A stretch of 64,000 nucleotides of DNA, taken from the NCBI GenBank assembly GCA_044892505.1, contig CM097883.1, positions 258,912,001 to 258,976,000 of the forward strand, given 5' to 3'. The notes under the pieces are model-generated. The model was not told the origin of the DNA. It saw only the letters and a program-made list of their open reading frames with translations, and did no database searches. Of this stretch, positions 13,964-25,859 are shown one piece after another; the stretch's first letter is position 1; the number at the start of each line of letters is the position of its first letter. This DNA is from Schmidtea nova. Lineage: Eukaryota. A program made the translations under genes and the position numbers.

Positions 13964-14779
13964 GAAGAATAAAAATAAATTAGAAATGGAGACAAATTCG
14001 GAGAAAAAATATAGAAGAATTTGTAGAACATAGTTAAAACGAGTTACTGAGTGATTTTCTGAGTTCAAGATAGAAGCAGCGAATTCAAGGATAAATCGAA
14101 TAATAAAAGAGAAAGACATAACGAGTAAGGTAACCATGACAAAGCATATATCCGGATCAATTGATAATCATTGAATCCAATTCAACAGTCATTAAATGTT
14201 ATGTGTAATACGCTGGTGATATTCTTCACGAAGTGCCGTAATAAGCACTGTATAATAACCTGTAGTAATATTGATTTGATCGTGTCATTGTATTTTGCTT
14301 AGTCAAATGATAATTAATAAAGGTTTATATCGTCTGAAAATGGCTATTTAGTGATCGGTATAATAATACTAATCGCCAATATTTTCAATCATTTAACCGG
14401 TTCTAGGACAAAATGGCATTTTTGATGTATGGATTGTTTAAAAATTGTTTTTCTATGGATTACTATAACCCACACACCATCCTGAAAATGTTAAATCTCC
14501 CTCACTTGCGTACCCATTGTTACTCCTTGGTAAACTTTGTTGGTAATATACACAGTGATGCGAGAATTCTGTTCATTAAATAATAATATTTATAATTAGT
14601 AGGAGGCTATGAGGAGTCTGGATCCGTATGAGTTATCACGCGTTTTTATAAAAATTTTCAACTGTGTTTTGTTTAAATCTTTGGATTTCATTATTATTAT
14701 GTTTATTTATTTATTATTATTTGTTTATTTATTTTTATTTATTATTTTTTTAAATTAGTTAGTTATTTATTTTTTTGTA

Positions 14780-14815
<36 letters not shown>

Positions 14816-15009
14816 GAATCTACGTAAAAATTACAAAAATTAAAGAGATATTAAAATTTTGATTATAAAAAGTGTCCGAAGTTGAGCGCAGTGGTACAGT
14901 GGTGTAGTGATTATGTAATGAGTTACCACGTGTTTAAGTGAGTACACGTGACACCACATAGCAACTAAAGGTCAAGGTGTAAAGGTCACCCGAGTCAAAG
15001 GTCTAATTT

Positions 15010-15275
15010 GATGCAATAGGGGTCAAAGACGAATGATGATATAATTGGGGTCAAAGTTCAAGAATGAGTTAATAAATATCAAATATAACATGATGAAGAC
15101 CAAATATGACATAATTTGGGTCAAATATGACGCGATTGGGGTCAAATATTATATGGTCGGGGTCAGATTTGGCGTAACTGGGGACAAATGTGATGTAATT
15201 GGAGTCAAATATGTCATATTCTGGGTAAAATATGACATAGCCGGGTTAAATGTTAAGTAACCGGGTTCAATATTA
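15010..15275 (+). repeat. Degenerate 21-bp minisatellite (about TGGGGTCAAATATGACGTAAT), about 12 copies
   Basis: Recurrent GGGGTCAAA at about 21-bp period; explains the repetitive ORF 15045-15260. Confidence 0.85.
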
Positions 15276-16942
15276 TGTAACATAATCAATAAAGGTCAAA
15301 GACCACTTGTTACGTAATCATTGGGGGGTACTGTATCTGACATGAGCACATTATACTACTAAAATTTAACTAATATTTATTTTAATATTTAATTATTTAT
15401 TTTAATAAATGAATTATTTATTTGTTTTTCCATAAATTTAGTTTTATAATTTATTTTCTAAATATTTATTTTTAATTCTTCTAAATAATGTGTGTATTCA
15501 ATATGGCGTCGTTGTGCGCGCGATAACCTATAATTTTATCGAAATTTCCTATTTTTGTTCCTATCTCTGCAATTTTAACGATATTTTAAAAGGGGGTTTT
15601 CTTCTATAATTTTTAATAAATTATTCTTTATTTTAATACCAAATTTATCTTCGATGATGCTTTTTCGTGTTTAACATACAAGCATAATTTGTTCTCGATA
15701 AGTGTTCTCGTGATTTTTGATATTTGCCTCATTTTGCGAGTATTTATTTTACGACGCATTAAAAGAAAGTTTTTGCTTTACTTCTACTAGCCCAACAGTA
15801 TAGACAAAATAGTGGTGAGACAAAATGGTAAGGTCAAAATTGAACTAATAGGATTAAATTGTATACTATAATGTATAAAATGATATAGATTTTAATAGAA
15901 TAAATTTTTTTAATGGAGGTACTTACTTAGTGCCCTAACCTGCACACCATTAATTTTGAAGGAATAGTTTCAGGATCTCTATTTAATACAAATGACTGTG
16001 TTAACTCTTTCCGCTTATTTATTCCTTATAATTTGTACATTTTTATTTTACTAGTCTTGATTTATTTATTGTTTTTTTATTATTACCATTAACCGAAAAA
16101 CAAAGAGCTAACACAAACATTTATTTAAAATAAATGCAAAATACTAGTTAATTACCTACATTAAAAGAAAACTGTTATCCTATTAAAATAAACTCAAATC
16201 TAAACCATTCATTCCAAGCAGTTCCAGTTTGACCGCTACCATTTAACCACATGAGCAATAACGTATCACAAGTTGCTATTTAAGTCGAAAATATCAGATA
16301 CCTGGAACGGGTAAACAGTTATGATTAAGTGGAGGGGTTAAAAATGTTGTCTTGTAAAATAGGCGGTGGTCCCAAAATGTTTGGGAACAATTGCTTTACA
16401 AATTTCTGATTATTAATTTTTTCGAGATCTCATAGAAATTCGGTCGAAAAAATCTAGAAATAAAACTGGCGAATCCAAAAAACTCGAAACCGTTGCAAAT
16501 AATAATCTTGAATCTTCATCATGTCCAGACGATGATAGTTTCATTCAGATTCGGAAGGTCCCAGATTTTTTAGAGATGAAATGAAGAGTCAAAGTTCATG
16601 GCAATTTGGCTCTTCAAATGATTCTTTCCCTCAGAAAAGAAGAGAATTCAGCGCCGACAAAGTTAAGCACAGGGTCGGTTCTTAATGCGTTACTAAATAG
16701 ATCTTTACTCTCAATAAAACTACTGCATTTCAATATTACATTCCTAAACTTCCTGATATTCAATTCCATCATTATGATTAATATAGAATAAAAACGAACT
16801 CAATAGAACACTTGTATTAGTAAAATCAGCATTCACTTATCCAGCTCAAATAGAGCTGTACAAGATAATGAAACAGCGAAAACACAAAAGAATCACAGGA
16901 TTGATAAATTGTACTGCATTTAAATACACTAATAAAACACTA

Positions 16943-18350
16943 TTATATCTCCCCATTCATGATGGCCATGAATTCTTCCATGTTTACTACAATTGCAATA
17001 ATCAACAAAAATAATCATCAAAACGGATACTTGATCCATCTCCATCTTTATCGAATTCCTCAATCATCGCTCGTATTTCGTGATCAGTTAATGTTTCTCC
17101 CAACTCTCTGACGGAAATTATTTAACAATATTTCTCCTGACAACAAAAGTCACACAAACCTTGCAACTTTTTTCAAATTACGATAGCTAATTTTACCGGA
17201 TTCATCATCGTCGAACAATTTGAAAGCACGAATCATTTCGGTTGTTGGGTCTCGTTCGAGAATCATCTCAGAAACTAACAATTAATTTTACAACAAATCC
17301 ATCGTCATCAGTAAAAGCTTATATCGTTTTCACTATGGATCTCTTACAATTTCTATTTCTACTTCTATCCATATCTTTTTGGATCGTAGAGAAATATTTT
17401 GATTTTAATAAATATTTTTTTAGCAAGAATTTTTGAAACAGTCTTTTATCCAGTGTACGAAAGAAAGTAATGAAGATAAAGGGAAATTTAATTATTGCCA
17501 ATTTTAATAGTTTATATGCTTTACTGAACTCGAAGGACTATCTCGAGCACGTAATGAGAGAATGTAGATCAACATATTTTTCAGATCAATTTTCATGTAT
17601 TTTTCATTATTACAATTTCAAATTTTTTCGAAAGTTTTTTTATTGAAGAAATTGTTAAAGATAATTTATTGCTTTAATTAAACTGTTAACACAAGTATAA
17701 ATAAGATTTAATTGGCTAGCCAACAAAAATTTGGAATTCCCATAACTCTAAAGTAGTCGAAGTAATCAACATCTGGGATAATTTTTACGGCTTTAAAATA
17801 AGTTTTTCGCTTCGCAAATAATACTTCATTTCTTAAAACTAACAATTTCCTCTTCGTTATCTTCTTTCTTTATCACCAGTGCCGGATTTAGGCTTTTTAC
17901 ACTTGTATAAAAGCAAATAATTGCCATCATCTTTCAAACATATATGGAGGGAGAATGGCGCCATAGCTGAGTTGCCTCGGAACTCCAGTTNNNNNNNNNN
18001 NNNNNNNNNNNNNNNNNNNNNNNNNNNNNNNNNNNNNNNNNNNNNNNNNNNNNNNNNNNNNNNNNNNNNNNNNNNNNNNNNNNNNNNNNNNNNNNNNNNN
18101 NNNNNNNNNNNNNNNNNNNNNNNNNNNNNNNNNNNNTCATAATGATGACTATAGATCAAAATATTTTTATAAACAATAACACAATATTTCGGCACAACCT
18201 TTATCAAGTGTGTATATATACACACTTGATAAAGGCTGTGCCGAAATATTGTGTTATTGTTTATAAAAAAATTTTGATCTATAGTCATCATTATGGGAAT
18301 TATTGATAATAATAATAAAAGAAGATCAAAGGCGAAAAAAGATAATTATG

Positions 18351-18429
<79 letters not shown>

Positions 18430-21400
18430 CGCTGGTATGAGGGAAAGCCGAACACTACTCCTGCATATGGCACAGTATCTCAAGGGGCTCTGAAACAATG
18501 ATCAGTTTTTAATAAATTTTTCTAAAATTTTCGAATTTTGATTATTGAAATTGCGTTAAGTATTTTTTGAAAATGTAAGCAACATCTGCATCTTGCAAAA
18601 GATCTTTCAGTAAATTGTAATTAATAAAAAATCTATTTAAGATCAAAATTAGGGCAAGAAAATGTAAAAAATTTAAGCATTATCTCAATTGAAGCTGATT
18701 TAGCAAATAAAATTAATTTTGATGGGATAATTAATGAATTTGCTTCATTGAAAGCATGGAAAGTTAATGTCTTATAACTCTAGAGGTAGCTATTTATCCT
18801 TGTTGTTCTTTTCAATAGATATATTGTTACAAAATCATATATTTACTATTTCACTGCAAAAAACTGATTTCTTTCTTAATGTATACAATTTTCTTTGAAA
18901 AGGCGTAAATTTTGTAACTTGCTTAGGGCGCCAGTTTAGATTGTCCAACCTGTAAGATGTATTTATATAAACTATTCATATTTATATCATATATATTTTA
19001 TTATTTGAATGTTGTGGTATGTTGAAATTGAATGTTGGAATTGTTCGAAATATTATTTAAATTTAAATTAATTCTCCATAGATGAATTAAGAAAATACTT
19101 TGTTTAAATAATAAATAGTTTTTCACGTCTTTGAAATTTTAATGTATAAATCTAAAATGAATCCTAACATGGCGACCACGCCTATGCTGCAGTTTATTAG
19201 ACCGCCAGAAACATTCGAAATCGGTGATGACATAGAAAAATTTATCGAAGAAGCAGATAAATATTTTGAACTTAACCAAACAGCTGAAGAACACAGAGGA
19301 GTTTTTATTAAAGCATTTTTTTCGATGGAAGCAACGCGAAAGTTAGATGAAATGGATCCTGAAATTCATTACAAGAAAAGAATCCACAATGCCTTTATGA
19401 AGCCATCCAATTTAGTGATATTTCGAATTTAAGTGATATTTCGAACAATGTTTGCATGGATTTAAATGATTGTGAATGTATGTATGATTTGAATGTGAAT
19501 GAATGTAATTTGAATGTTGATATGTATTTTGATAATAGTTTGAATGAACTTAATAATTATAATATTTATGATTTAAATAATTTAAATGAAAATAAATTAA
19601 TATTTAAGCCATATCACCATAGTAAAGCTAAAAGTACTAATATTTGCAATCTAAAAGTGGAAAATCCTAAATAATTTATAATTAATTATAACCATATGGG
19701 AGGAAGACCTAGTGTTGAAATTGAAATAAACAAAGAAAAAGCAATATGTATGCTTGATACAGGGGCAAAGATTAGTATTTTAGAATACGAGATTTTTAAA
19801 AAAATTTGAAAACGTAATATTGGAAAAATGTCATATTGAAGTGAAATGTGCAAATGGCAGTGGAATAATTGTAATGGTAAGGATAAATATAACTGTAACT
19901 GTAGGGGGTATTTCAAAACCAATAGAATTTTATGTTACTCGAGGAGTTATTTCAAAAATAATTGGGGGTATAAATTTTTTAATGGAATTTAATATATATT
20001 AACAAAGAACCAATATTGAGAAATATCAGATAAGTTATATTTAAAAAAAGAAAGATGATTTCAAAAAAATGGAAAGAGAAGACAAAGAAATCGAGAAATT
20101 GATTGAAGAATATGAAACGGTATTTATGAAACATAAATGGGACATTGGTAAAACAGAAATAGTACGACATGAGATAAATACGACAGGGCCTCCAATTGTT
20201 ATTAATCCAAGACGTCAACCAGTACACCTATTATCGAAAGTAGAAGAAAATATTAAAGAGATGGAAAAGAATGGTATTATAAAGAAATGTGAATCACCGT
20301 GGAATTCGCCACTGGTGTGCATTAAAAAGAAAGACAAAGATGAGATAAGGATTTGCTTAGATTTTCGAGCATTAAATTTAGTAACAGAGCGACCTATTTT
20401 TCCTATACCAAATACAGAAGAAATGATGGACGCTTTTAATGGATCGAGATTTTTCACAACACTGGATTTAGGCAGTGCATATTACCAAGTGGAGTTAACT
20501 GAAGATTCAAAAAAGAAAACGGCATTTTTTACAAAGAATGAGCAATACTATTTCAATCGTATGTCATTTGGAATAGCAGCGGCTTCTGCTACTTTCCAGA
20601 AATTAATGAATAAAGTACTTGGATTACTAAATTGGAAAGAAGCTGTAGTGTATCTTGATGACATCCTAATATTTTGAAATACTAAAGAGGAACACATAAA
20701 AAGAGTAAAAAATGTTCTAGGCAGAATTAAAGTTGAGCCGAGAGAAATGTCATTTTTTGAAATTTGAAACTAAGTTTTTTTGGTCATATCATAAATAAAG
20801 ATGGTACAAGAACGGAGGATCGTAAAATTGACGCAATAAAAAAGTTAGAAAGACCAAAATGTTTAAAGAGGTTGAGGGTTTTTTTGGGACTTACGAATTA
20901 TTATCGAAGATTCATTGAAAATTATACAAAGTATTCTAAGAATTTGGAGAAACTATGTGGGGGTAATCAAAAAAAATTTATATGGACAGATGAATGTGAA
21001 ATAGCGTTTCAAGGAATGAAAGAACAATTAATGAGAGCTCTAATACTGGCTTTCCCTGATTTAAAAAAATAATTTATATTAGATACTGATGTAAGCTTTG
21101 ATAGAATAGGAACGGTGTTATCACAATTAGATTCTAATGGAAATGAAAGAGTGATTGCGTATGGATCACGTGCGATGAGTACACACAAATTAGTGTATTG
21201 CATCACTAGAAAAGAATAACTTGCAATTTATTATTTTACGTTAAATTTTAAACATTATTTATATGGGAAGCGATTTAGACTTCGAACGGATCACAAGGCA
21301 ATAACATTTATGCTTAAAACCAAAAAACCTATTACACCACAGTTTCAGACGTGGATTAACCATCTTAGTAGTATGGATATGGAATTAGAGTACAGGAAAG

Positions 21401-24204
21401 GCGAATTACATGTTAATGCTAATGTTTTATTACGGAACGAATGTGACACATGCATACAGTGTCAAACAATACACGAAGAACCAAAGAAAAGTAGTAGAAT
21501 CCTAGCGTTGATGCTAGGAGATGATGGTTCCATGTGGCAAAAGGATTCTATAGAGACTGCTGATATAAGAGAAAAAATACTGAAAGGAGAAGAGATCAAA
21601 TATGAAATTAACAATAATGTTATAACAACGAACAAAAGGAAAATATGGATACCAAAGGAAAAGATAAGAAAATTCGTAGAGCACACTCATCAAACGTTAT
21701 GCCGTGCAGGGGTGAAGAAAGTGCAAGATTATATTTCACAAACATTTGATTTTGAAAATAAACGTGAACAAATTGAAATTGTAATTCACAGTTGTAAAGA
21801 ATGCCAAAGAAGAAAAACATTGACAATACGACCGAAAGAAACTATTTTAAAACATAATAATTCGAATTTATTTGAGACGATTTTTATTGATTTTTGTGGA
21901 CCTTTAAAGACAACAATTCATGGAAAGAGATATATATTGGCAATTATGGATCAATTTCGTAGATATATATCATTAAATGCAGTATCAAGACAAGACGAGA
22001 ATACAACAACATCTACTTTGAAAAATAATTGGATTTTAAAATACGGAGCACCAAAGTTTATACACTGCGACAGAAAGAAAACATTCAAAGCAAAATTATT
22101 AAACAACTTAATGAACATTTCCCAAATTGAAATAGTATACTCAAGCGCTTATCATCATTCAGCTAATGGAATGATTGAAAGACAACTCAGAACCATAAGG
22201 GATGCAATTCAAATTTCCATAAAAGATAAAAATGTATAAAAATTGGGCAGATTTACTGCCAGAGGTGGAGTTTATGCTTAATTCGACGATTCAGAGTTCA
22301 ACAGGCTTTAGTCCTGAGCAAGAAGTATATGCCAAGAAAATATACAAAGAATGGTAATCAAGGGATAACAAGGATTCAGAAGTTAGAGAATACGTGAACA
22401 TTATGAATAAAAAAGAGAAACAATGACAGCACAATTGGAAAAGAATGAAAGAAAATTATAATATAACAATAAACTACGAACAAATCGAGAATTTAATGTT
22501 GCGAACTTTGTGTGGATAAAAGAGGATGTTATCTCAAAAAGAGGATAATAGATATGATGGTCCTGGTGAAATTATTGAGAAACGGCACAATCGTAGGAAT
22601 GTGGTAAAAATGCCAACTGGGAAAATAAAAATTAGAAATATAGAATGGCTAAAGGAATATAAAACTAAAAAAGATTATTGAAGGAGGGAGTGTAAGATGT
22701 ATTTATATAAACTATTCATATTTATTTTATTTATATTTTATTATTTGAATGTTGTGGTATGTTGAAATTTAATGTTGAAATTGTTCAAAATATTATTTGG
22801 ATTTAAATTATTTCTCCATATATGAATTAAGAAAATACTGTTTAAATAATAAATAGTTTTCACGTCTGAATTTTTAATGTATAAATCTAAAACGAATTCT
22901 AACAAAACCTATGTATATAATGAAAGAGAGAGAGAGAAAGAGAAAAGACAAAGACAAAGAGTATACATAGAGCACATTTCATTGAAGAACACAATTAGGT
23001 GTTTGTATTTATAGGCAACAAAAGGGTTATTTATCTCAATATAATTTTATTGGAGTAATAAGATAATCGAAGCATTTTGACTTTGGACAATTATGCCAAA
23101 AATAAGCGGATTTCATTGTATTACCTTAAAATGTTAATAAATTCATCATGTTAAAAAGCAGTAAAAAAGATTATATGCCACTCGTGTAGTAAAAATTATC
23201 ATATAAACACAGATATATAGCAAATATTGAAAAGTTTCTGAAATTTGATTGTCATGATAAAAACAATAAATTAAATTATTTCGAATTTTTAATCAAATTT
23301 GTCGGAACTGCCTTTTTCATGAGTTTATTTCAATAACATTATATTTTATTTAATCTTAAATATTTTTAAAATTTAAATACTATATAGAAGAAATCCATAT
23401 AATTTTCTACAATTGAAAGATATAAATTACAACGAACAAGTATGTAAGATAGTCTTATCTATTGATGAAACGAAATGTCAACTTTTTCAAGAAAAGTTTA
23501 AAAATACCTTAAAAAATTAGCCCCCGAAACCTTTTCAGCAAAAATCACAACACGTTCATCAACACTCAGCCGACATAAAATCACAGTTTTTTGTTAAATT
23601 ATCATCCAATTATATAAATTTTAAATTTCTTATCTAATATTAAATAAAATGATTGTAATAAATACTTGAAAAAAGCAGTACTGAAAATTTGTGTTGTTTA
23701 GGAAAACTTTTTGATTTATCGTCTTATAAAAGAAAATACCTGTAACTAATTGTTGGTACAATAATAAACTAAATAATGTTTTCTAAATTGCACAAAATGA
23801 AAATTAAGATTAGAAAATAAATTATAATTTTCAATTTAAGATACATTTTACTTGATAAAACACATTGTAAACTGTTTAATTTCCAATTAATAATCTTACC
23901 AATTTCATTAAAATCATCAAATTTAATTTTAGGTGATTCATCTTTAATATTATAATCATTCAGTATTTTAATTACATCTTGCTTTTTAACTTCGAAACCG
24001 AGAGCTCTTAACGAGACCTTAATAAATTTTTAATAAAAACGTAAAATGGATTTTATAAATATAAATTACTTTAAACTCGTACTGACTTAAAAGTCCATCT
24101 TTGTCTGAATCAAAAAGCTCAAAAGCTTCATTTATTTCATTTCTCTGATCGACAGTAAGTTTGCGTAAAGTTTTTTTCTTGGTTTTATTTATAGAATTTT
24201 CCAT
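16943..24204 (-). CDS. CETN3: Centrin-3 / Cdc31-type EF-hand protein, 162 aa; exons 24204-24070, 24017-23900, 17274-17160, 17107-17031, 16986-16943
   Basis: All four introns are GT-AG (52, 6625, 52, 44 nt) and the exons join in frame: MENS...[39 protein letters not shown]...[90 protein letters not shown] and [11 protein letters not shown] are centrin-3 hallmarks. Confidence 0.96.
17877..18950 (+). mobile_element. Non-autonomous hAT remnant (ZMYM1-like dimerisation domain) in centrin intron 2
   Basis: Starts with CAGTGCCGGATTTAGG, a hAT-type end. 18547-18776 reads, across a frameshift, [15 protein letters not shown]...[41 protein letters not shown]. Confidence 0.75.
18138..18295. repeat. 158-bp near-perfect palindrome; dispersed family with partial copies at about 5622-5800, 52040-52110 and 54632-54800
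   Basis: Left arm cataatgatgactatagatcaaaa...tttcggcacaacctttatcaagtgtgtata pairs with the right arm tatacacacttgataaaggctgtgccgaaa...ttttgatctatagtcatcattatg. Confidence 0.92.
18951..22904 (+). mobile_element. Ty3/Gypsy LTR retrotransposon, decayed, antisense within centrin intron 2
   Basis: LTRs 18951-19169 and 22691-22904 (TGTAAG...AACA); PBS TGGCGACCACG; PPT GAAGGAGGGAG; TSD caacc/aaacc (1 mismatch). Domain order PR (MLDTGA), RT (YLDD), RNaseH (TDVS, TDHKA), IN (IDFCGP, HCD); several stops. Confidence 0.95.
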
Positions 24205-25131
24205 AATTAAAGTGTGACTATTAAGTTATTGTTACTAGTAATGCACAATATAACAATTTAAAATTTAAGTGTACGCTATTGTAACTAACATCAAGTAAAT
24301 AATTTAAAACAAATAATGATTAAAGTCAAAAAATATTATATTTTGCTAATTATTTTACAAGTTAACAGATAGTTAATATAAATAATTATAAAATGTTCAA
24401 AAGATTGCCAATAGTGTTTACAAATTTTATATTCTATTGATTTTTTTGATTTACTTTCTTTTTTATAAAAATTAAATTTCTATTTCTATTTTTTGCTATT
24501 TCATTTAGTTTTAAAGCACCTATTTTACCATTTCAACTTCTTCCATTAATCGTTTGGCATTCACAGAGTCTCAAATTTTATGTTAAAAACTTCAAAATAA
24601 TTTTAAATTGAGAACTAAAAATACCGTTGTCACGAATATACTTAACAACTTTTGAGTTACCAGTGGTGGGTTGTTGACCGTCAATATGACCTTGACGTTG
24701 CTATGGCTCACATCAACAACTCAACATACAAAACATTAGAATAACCATCTGGTTGCCCGTCACAATGTAACAAATGAGTGGGCATTCGCAATCAGTCAGC
24801 GTCAATAACTCAACACCATGATTGACCGAATATCTCTTGGGTCCAAGGGCTACCGATAAAAGGTTTAATGCCCATTTTGTCCCTTCTTGCATAATTTAAT
24901 TTCAGATCTCAATTCAAAATTTGCAAAATTAAAAGCTTTGTCGATTCAAATTTACTAATCTGTTTCAGTTGATTTCTTTCACGAAAATGATTTTCTGTTT
25001 TTATCAATCTTATTCATATCACACATTATACATTCAAACAAATAAGTATTTTAAACACATGAGAAAACTTGTAATAATATCATATCACCACATAAACTAC
25101 AAGAAAAATGTTATCAATTCAAATCATTGAA

Positions 25132-25687
25132 TCACAATAGTGTTATGTCAATGAATTCAGATGATTTCTTACGCAATTGTCCCAGCAATCGCGCTTCTCG
25201 ACGATGTTTTCGTCGAGCCCTCATTCCTTTGATGGGCTTCCAGCGCTTGGGTTTTTCAGGAACCGACGGCTTCTGGATCTCTTCTTCGACTCTGACGGGA
25301 AACAATTCCTGAGATGGTTGCTGTATTCTTGGCAGTACGGCTGCGATGATGCCGCTTTCTACCCTTAACTTATCGATCAGGAGCTCCTGCTCCCGCATGA
25401 TCATTCTACAGGCGCGAAGTCTCAAGGCATCTTCCGCGGCCTGCTGCAATAACACATGGTTCTGCTTTTTCAACTTGTTGACCGTCTCTTTGTTGGACCA
25501 GGTCGATTCCATCTCCCGGCATCGAGCCCGAAACCTCTCCATGCGCGAGGTCATTATCTGCAATGCCTCCGCATTCGATGACTTCAGCATCTCCAGCTCG
25601 GCGAAACACTGATCTACCTTGCGATTGTGTTTAGTGTTTTCGACGGTCATCCGCCAAATTTCCTCTAATTTTGTTCTGAGTTCATTG
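25132..25687 (-). CDS. Orphan ORF-X (at least 172 aa; predicted helical N-terminus, Arg/Lys-rich C-terminus); probable terminal exon
   Basis: GC-richer open frame; extends in frame to a TTATTTTCAG acceptor at 25688 (NELRTKLEEIWR-MTVEN...); homologous decayed copies at 37671-38227 and 10866-11282. Confidence 0.55.
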
Positions 25688-25859
25688 CTGAAAATAAGTA
25701 TAACACCTTCAAAACGTATTTAGACAACTAATTAACATTAGAACGTATCGACAAAAAGTTATTTCAACATAGAATTTATTATTAGACTCAAGCAATGGTA
25801 GTGTCTCCATTGTCACTCTCAATTCGGAAAAACATCACGAAAAAGACCTGGGAAACAAT

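Noticed and set aside
12850-14150. gag-like remnant flanking the solo LTR
   Set aside because: Purine-rich with many stops; only a vague IEEFV...ELLS resemblance.
17857-18493. ORFs spanning N-gaps or (TA)n (also 31353, 45084, 50770, 52174, 53078)
   Set aside because: Artefacts of undetermined bases, the palindrome or the microsatellite (IYIYIY).
24686-24850. Integrase match of the D module (IDRxSRW-like)
   Set aside because: Spacing to the supposed zinc-binding part is far too short and no other integrase motifs are present.
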